A DNA stretch of 64,000 bases from Octopus bimaculoides (taxonomy: Eukaryota). Position 1 is the first letter of the stretch. The number at the start of each line of letters is the position of its first letter. The stretch spans positions 155,168,460-155,232,459 of the forward strand of contig NC_068982.1 in assembly GCF_001194135.2 (NCBI RefSeq), read 5' to 3'. This document shows positions 58,076 to 64,000 of the stretch, piece by piece. Below the pieces are notes generated by a model, which saw only the letters and a list, made by a program, of their open reading frames with translations, searched no databases and had not been told where the DNA came from. A program made the translations under genes and the position numbers.

Positions 58076-58892
58076 TGATTAACTGAGTTGCCCCATCTGC
58101 AAGTTTTAAAAAATCTGTGGTTTATATCACCATCGCTTGACAGTTATTTAAAGTGTACTATTTTGCTGTTTTTGACAAATAACCGACAGTGTTTTTGGCT
58201 ATATAGTCAAAAAGACTACAGTACTAAAAGTTTCAAACAATTGGCTAAAATTTTTGCAAGCTGAACATACTGTTACCTTCCAGGTGAGGAAATCGTTTTC
58301 TGAGATCATGATATATGAACCTCGGTACTTAAAATCATGCATACAGTTTAGAATGTTATTACTTAAGGCTTTCAAAACATTAAACACTAAACAATTTACT
58401 GGACTTTACCACTCATCTCACAAACAATTAGACAACATATTGTAGAATTTGTACTGGTTTAGAGCAAAAGATGAGCAAGCATCATTTTTTTCATCAGAGA
58501 CCTCAACCAGCTGGTGAGAAAAGTCACAAGCTCTTCTACCCAAATGTTATAACCAGAGATTAAAGAAACAAGGTGATAGATTTTGGTGAACTGGGAAATT
58601 TGTCAACTGGGATCACCAGTACACAATGATGATGATGATGAGGAGGAGGGGGATGATAGCAAAAGACAGAATACAACTGCAGATAATTAAAAAGAAATGG
58701 TTTATTTCATACAATGATGACCTGTTCCTCTGATCTCTAGACCACTATATAACTTCTAGTGATGATAGATGATACAATCAACAATGTGAATGCATGAAAA
58801 GTGAGATCAATAGAAGAAAGAACACATGATGACAGTCATTAGAGAAATGTCACAGCCAAAGTTTAGTTAAACAGAGCCACATTGGTGAGGGT

Positions 58893-58936
58893 TCATTCAC
58901 TGTCACTGCCTGATTCAGTCAAATGTAAGTCTTCAC
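58893..58936 (-). CDS. EAF1: EAF terminal coding exon (EDLHLTESGSDSE*)
   Basis: Polypyrimidine tract plus TAG acceptor, TGA stop, AATAAA on - at 58706-58701. Confidence 0.88.
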
Positions 58937-61900
58937 CTAGAAAAATAGAAAGAGAGAATAAAATATACAATGAGATAACACTTTCTGTTGGAGGAGGAGG
59001 AGGAGGAGGAGGAGGTTGGGGATTCACATAGTTGATAGCAAGAAAAAAAAAAGGTAACTATCTAGATATTCTGTATCAATATTTTGTCTTTTTGTTTTCT
59101 TTATTTTTCACTGCTACATTTAATTATTTTTGCTGTTGTTCCACCCAAGAACAACCTAATTACAATTATTTACTAATAAAAATTCTCAAAAACCTGAGCC
59201 ACTAACATTTAAAAAAAAAAAGTTCAGTGTCTTTATTTTACAGCTAATCACCATTATTACGCACTGTTATGAGCTGGAAGATAGTGTTTCACTACATGTC
59301 ATAGTGCGCTTAATCAACTGATATACACGAAATCAGAGATAACTGCTAGTCTTGTTGTTGAGTATGTTATGTGTTACAGCATGGACTCCATACATTTTAC
59401 ACAAAGACACACACACAAGAGCAATCAGCCACAGAAACCATGCCAAAGCTGACATAGGGAAAACATGCAGTCTTGTGGCTCATCAGAAACTGTTAGATCA
59501 TCCAACCCATACCAGCACAGACATTAAATGATGATGATGATATATACACAAAGAAATGTACATATATATATATATATATATATAAATGTTTTTGTAGTGT
59601 GTAACATGGGAAGCAGAGATGAAGTATAGATAAGGAATAGAAAGTCATGGGTAAGGGGTAGGTTGCATCAGAGTCCACAGATATTAGAGAAGTGGAAGGC
59701 AAATTATTGCACACTATGACTGGTAAATGGTGATGTTACATGGGTCATATGTTAGATATACCACTCAAAATGAAACTGTGAAGTAATTGAAGAACCTTTT
59801 TTTCATGTCAGCAAGATACATAAAAGCAAGGAGAGTTAAATGTGTTGGTCAATGTTACACTACAATGATCATAATGAATATGAAGGGGTGCTGAAAAGTT
59901 CCTGGCTTTGGGTAAAAGAAAATACAGGAGGATCACAACAGATTCCCTTCTTGGAGTCACAGACTTATTGCAGCTGTTGGAGGTTGGGTCCCCAACCAAG
60001 CCTTTCACAATACCCTTAAAGCCATGGACTTTTCAGCACCTTCTTGTATATGAAAAAAAAATGAGAATAAATGATACTCACTTAATGTACAAAGGTCTTT
60101 CGATGGAACATCACACGGAGCAGGAGTATCTGAAGAAAGATATCAAATAAGATTTAAAAAATAAGAAAATGAACGTAATTACTGGAATGAGGAACATACT
60201 TAATAAAACACATACACACACACACACATAAATGTATCTATTTAGCAAATAATAAAAATCAACAAAAAGTGGGATGAGTTCACAATCCATGTTACAAACT
60301 TGACACTCAGGGAAATGAAATTAGTTAATCTCTAAAACGTTTTGGATATTGTACTGCAGACAGTGCAATACAAGAGGAGGAAAGACCAGGAGAAAGTGGA
60401 AAATGAAGAAGTAAAAAATTAAAAACAGCAATCCCAGTGAAAGAAGTTTGTCAACTTGCTGGCCACTGACTCACTGAAAGTAGGGGTAGATTAACCATTT
60501 AGCATTTAATCCAGCCCAAATATTCTACTTATTTCATGTTAAAACTGATCAGATCCAACCTTTCATACCTACCCTACAATGTCATTCTAAAAATATACAG
60601 CAGGCCAACATTGTCACAGTGTGTCATGTTGAGTTTACCTCAGAATTACAACAATGACTCAAATACATTTTAAACACTCAGCTACTTACTCAATAAAGCG
60701 ATGAGTTGGTAGTTTTGTTCATCGAACAATTGAAATATTCATCACCAAAACTGACAGAAAATTCAATTTGCTATTGAGTGCATTAGTTTGTTTGACATGG
60801 AAGGAGGTATGATTGCTTAGTTTGTTAACTGCAAAGCCATCAAGCAGTTTCTGAGGAATATCTTTACAAAATGTAAATTCATCGAATCATCAAATTGAAA
60901 CAATGTTTACCTTTGTTAGGTCCTCCCTCTGAATCAGAGTTGTCTGATTCTGAATCACTAGACATGTCACTGCCACTTGATGAAGAACTACTACTGCTGC
61001 TTTCTGACATGTTATTTGTCAACGCTACTGGAGCACAAACATTTAAAGAACTGTTACCATTATCTGGAATAAAACAGAAACAACAAAATCTCAATATGTA
61101 GTTGAACACATAAATCTACAAAGTGAACAGTTATTAGGCAGCAAAAGCTAAATATCAGACCAGATTGGAGCCTGGTGCAGCCACTGGCTCTCCAGACCTC
61201 AGTCAAACCATCCAACCCATGCCAGCATGGAAAACAGACGTTAATTGATGATGATGGCTCACTTGCATTTAATGAGGCTGCAAAGAGAGAGACCTGGAGA
61301 TACCACTAAACGAAGAGAAAGAGAGTCTGCCAAATGTTGACCCAACAAATGGACTAGCTATCCAAATTGACAGTACCTTGGTAGATAAAGCAATTAAGAG
61401 TATGAAGATAGGGAAAGTTCCTGGCCCATCACAAATCACTGCAGAGATTCTAACAGTTACTTTTTCAAAGTTATAATAGAAAAAACAAAGGAGCATATTT
61501 GGCATATTTTGCTTTATGGATTCAATAAAGGCAACAATGCAACAGAAAGTGCAAGAAATATTAATGCAGTATATGGGGATCAGACAATAAGCATAAGCCA
61601 GTGTCAACATGATTCCAGAAATTCCGAACCAGAAACTACAGCCTAGAAGACAAGCCTCATCCTGGAAGATCTGTAGAACTCGACGAGGATGTCTTGCAAA
61701 GCCTGGTGGAACAAAATCCCATCATAACCATTGAAGAACTAGCAGAGAAGCTTGAAATTCGTCATTCAACCAGTCATTCAAGTCAGCACTAGGAGAAAAA
61801 CGACCATCTTTAGTTTCAAGATGAAAGGTGTTCTTTCATCAGGATAATGTTTGGCCACATACATTGAGGATGATATTCCAAAGCTGGAACAATTTGAATG

Positions 61901-63925
61901 AGAAATGATGCCCCATCCACCATATTCGATGGACATTGGCCTATCTGATTATCATTTATTCCGCATTCTTCAAAATCATCTGTAGATGAGGTCAGGACAG
62001 TACTGGAGGAGAATTTTTTGTCACGGACGAGTAAATTTTGGAAGAGGGGCCTTACCAGTCTACTTGATAGATGGAAGAGCATTGTAGAAAATGAAGGAGA
62101 GTATATTTTAGATTAAAAATGAACTTAGTTTATCTTAATTTTGAAAAATAAAAGAACCGCATCATTTATGGGATGACACAGTAGATACATACACACAAAC
62201 ATATACATCATCATCATCATCATCATCGTTTAACGTCCGCTTTCCATGCTAGCATGGGTTGGACGATTTGACTGAGGACTGGTGAAACAAGAAGTGATGT
62301 TTAGATTCTCAATCTCAGAATAATGCTAATAATATAGCCTGAACAGGATAAACTATCCCTATTTTGCAGAGAAAAGTGCAGGTGACTAGCAGCTAGTCAC
62401 CTACACTTTTCTCTGCAAAATAGGGATAATTTATCCTGTTTAGGCTATATTATTAGCATTATTTTGCGATTGAGAATCTAAACATCACTTCTTTAACTTT
62501 CTATAAAAAGACATCTCAATGCTTCTAAAAGCAAGCTTCACTTGTTTGTTTACGTTTGTCGTAATTTGTATTTATACATATATATATATATATATATACA
62601 CACACATGTTTATGAATTTGTGTTGCATAATTATTGATGTGAAGTTGTGTGTTGAACAGATATTATTGTATTTCAGGATGGTCATTTATTTATTCATTAT
62701 TTCTTCCAATTAAACACATGCACTATATATTCGTTCTTCACTCATTTATTACTGTTCTTATTCTAACTCATTTCCATTGTCCAGAAATCTTTTGTCATAC
62801 ATGTGTGACTTTCTCAGCGACACTTTCCATCTTCGTGAGTGCTCCTGTTCCACTTATTCCATTCTGTTCTTCTATGATGTGTCTTCTTATATGCACATGT
62901 GTCTGTGTTTGTGTGCATTTGAGTCATTGTTCTGAGTAGCATTATGACCTGCTCCTCAGCCCTGTCCCCTGCTCTGTTGCTGCTGCCCTCAAACCCGACT
63001 TTTTGTACCGTTCTTGTAACTTAGTGTGTTTGTATGTTTGCCCATGCTGCTGCCATCATGGTCAAACAAACAAACACAGTGAGTTACAAGAATGGTACAA
63101 AAAAAATCGAGTCAAAGGGCAACAGCAGTGACAACAGGGCAGGGGACAGGCCTGAGGGGAGGGTCATAATGCTACTAAGAACAATGACACACACACACAC
63201 ACACACGCACAAACACAGATGCATGTGCATATCAGGATACACATCATAGAAGAACAGAATAGAATAAGCAGAGCAAGAGCACACACAAGATGGAAAGTGT
63301 CGCTGAGGAGGTCACAGATGTGTGATGAAAGATTTTTGGACAACGGACATGAGTTAGAATAAGAACAGTAATAAACGAGTGAAGAACAAGTATATAGTGT
63401 GTATGTTTATTTGAAAAAAAAATGACCATCCCAAAATATATATATATACACGCACACACTCAGCGGAGTGGTTGATATTAGGAAGGGCATCCTGCTATAA
63501 AAACCATGCCAAAACAGACACAGACATTTGGTACAGTCTTCTGCCTGGCCAGCTCCTGTCAAATCATCCAGCCCATGCCAGCATGGAATGATGATGATGA
63601 TGATGATGATATATGTATGACAGGTTTCTTTCAGTTTCCATCAACCAAATTCACTCATAATGCTTTGGTCAACCTGGGGTTATATATAGTAAACAAGGTG
63701 CCACTCAGTGGGACTGAACCCAAAACTATGTGGTTGGGAAGCAAACTTATATATTACTTACCTCTGTTGTTATCAGGTTCAACTGGAGTCAAAGCTGGAG
63801 AACACTCTTTAAAGGAAGATGGGCTATGCTGAGACATTTTGCCACTTTTTGGAGGTGATGTTTTCATTTTACTACTGTCAACAGGAGTGAGTGGCCTCAT
63901 AGAAAGACGACTTGAACCTTCAGCT
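58893..63925 (-). CDS. EAF1: ELL-associated factor (EAF1/EAF2-like), 3' portion; the gene continues beyond the right edge
   Basis: Exons 63925-63762 (RAEGSSRL...), 61063-60911 (Ser-rich [15 protein letters not shown]...) and 58936-58893 (EDLHLTESGSDSE*). RAEGSS and the C-terminal DLxLxESGSDS are EAF-family hallmarks as recalled. Phases 2/1, 1/1, 1/stop are consistent. EAF1 versus EAF2 cannot be assigned. Confidence 0.88.
59879..60048. mobile_element. mariner-type MITE
   Basis: GAAGGGGTGCTGAAAAGTTCC / GGACTTTTCAGCACCTTCTT inverted ends. Confidence 0.7.
60911..61063 (-). CDS. EAF1: EAF Ser/acidic-rich exon
   Basis: CAG/GTAAAC boundaries; inside track ORF 60879-61109. Confidence 0.86.
61265..61560 (+). 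mobile_element. RTE LINE fragment
   Basis: VDKAIKSMKIGKVPGPSQITAEIL is typical of the RTE linker before the reverse transcriptase. Confidence 0.6.
61590..62178 (+). mobile_element. Internally deleted mariner transposase relic
   Basis: WFQKFRTRNYSLEDKPHPGR, FHQDNVWPH, PHPPYSMDIGLSDYHLF (variant of the mariner YSPDLAPSDY motif), and a right terminal repeat. Confidence 0.85.
62289..62493. repeat. 102-bp-arm palindrome with a 1-nt loop
   Basis: Arms compared base by base: 5 mismatches. Confidence 0.92.
62669..63438. repeat. About 380-bp-arm imperfect inverted repeat (foldback), 10-nt loop at 63047-63056
   Basis: Arms are colinear reverse complements along their whole length. Confidence 0.88.
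63762..63925 (-). CDS. EAF1: EAF exon (RAEGSSRLSMRPLTPVDSSKMKTSPPK...PDNNR)
   Basis: TAG/GTAAGT boundaries; inside track ORF 63754-63993. Confidence 0.88.
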
Positions 63926-64000
63926 CTAAAAATAGGAAAAGAAGTAAAAATAACTATATAATTAAAAAAAAAATAAAGATTATATTTTTTCATGACTGAT

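Overview
AT-rich, repeat-dense animal genomic DNA with scaffold gaps. The repeat landscape (RTE-LINE tails ending in (GAT)n, tRNA-headed SINEs, mariner relics, long (AT)n tracts) suggests an octopod mollusc; this is inference. I traced three intron-containing genes by hand from splice signals and phase continuity. (1) A NOL8-like RRM nucleolar protein gene on + (CDS 5088-15711, 6 coding exons, about 453 aa, apparently lacking the long C-terminal half). (2) A complete FIG4/SAC3 PI(3,5)P2 5-phosphatase gene on - (CDS 50056-16934, 23 coding exons, 919 aa), convergent with NOL8. (3) The 3' part of an EAF1/2 (ELL-associated factor) gene on - (63925-58893). A probable first coding exon of an unidentified gene, divergent from NOL8, runs off the left edge. 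The main finding is that NOL8 and FIG4 each need a minor-spliceosome (U12-type) intron to stay in frame: an AT-AC intron in NOL8 and a non-canonical AT-AG intron in FIG4. Also notable are a tRNA-headed repeat carrying a hammerhead-ribozyme-like core, a foldback element with telomere-like repeats, two long palindromes in one EAF intron, and a candidate A-to-I restorative recoding site in FIG4. Most ORFs in the supplied track are repeat or gap artefacts. Homologue comparisons are from memory, not from searches. Repeat boundaries are approximate.
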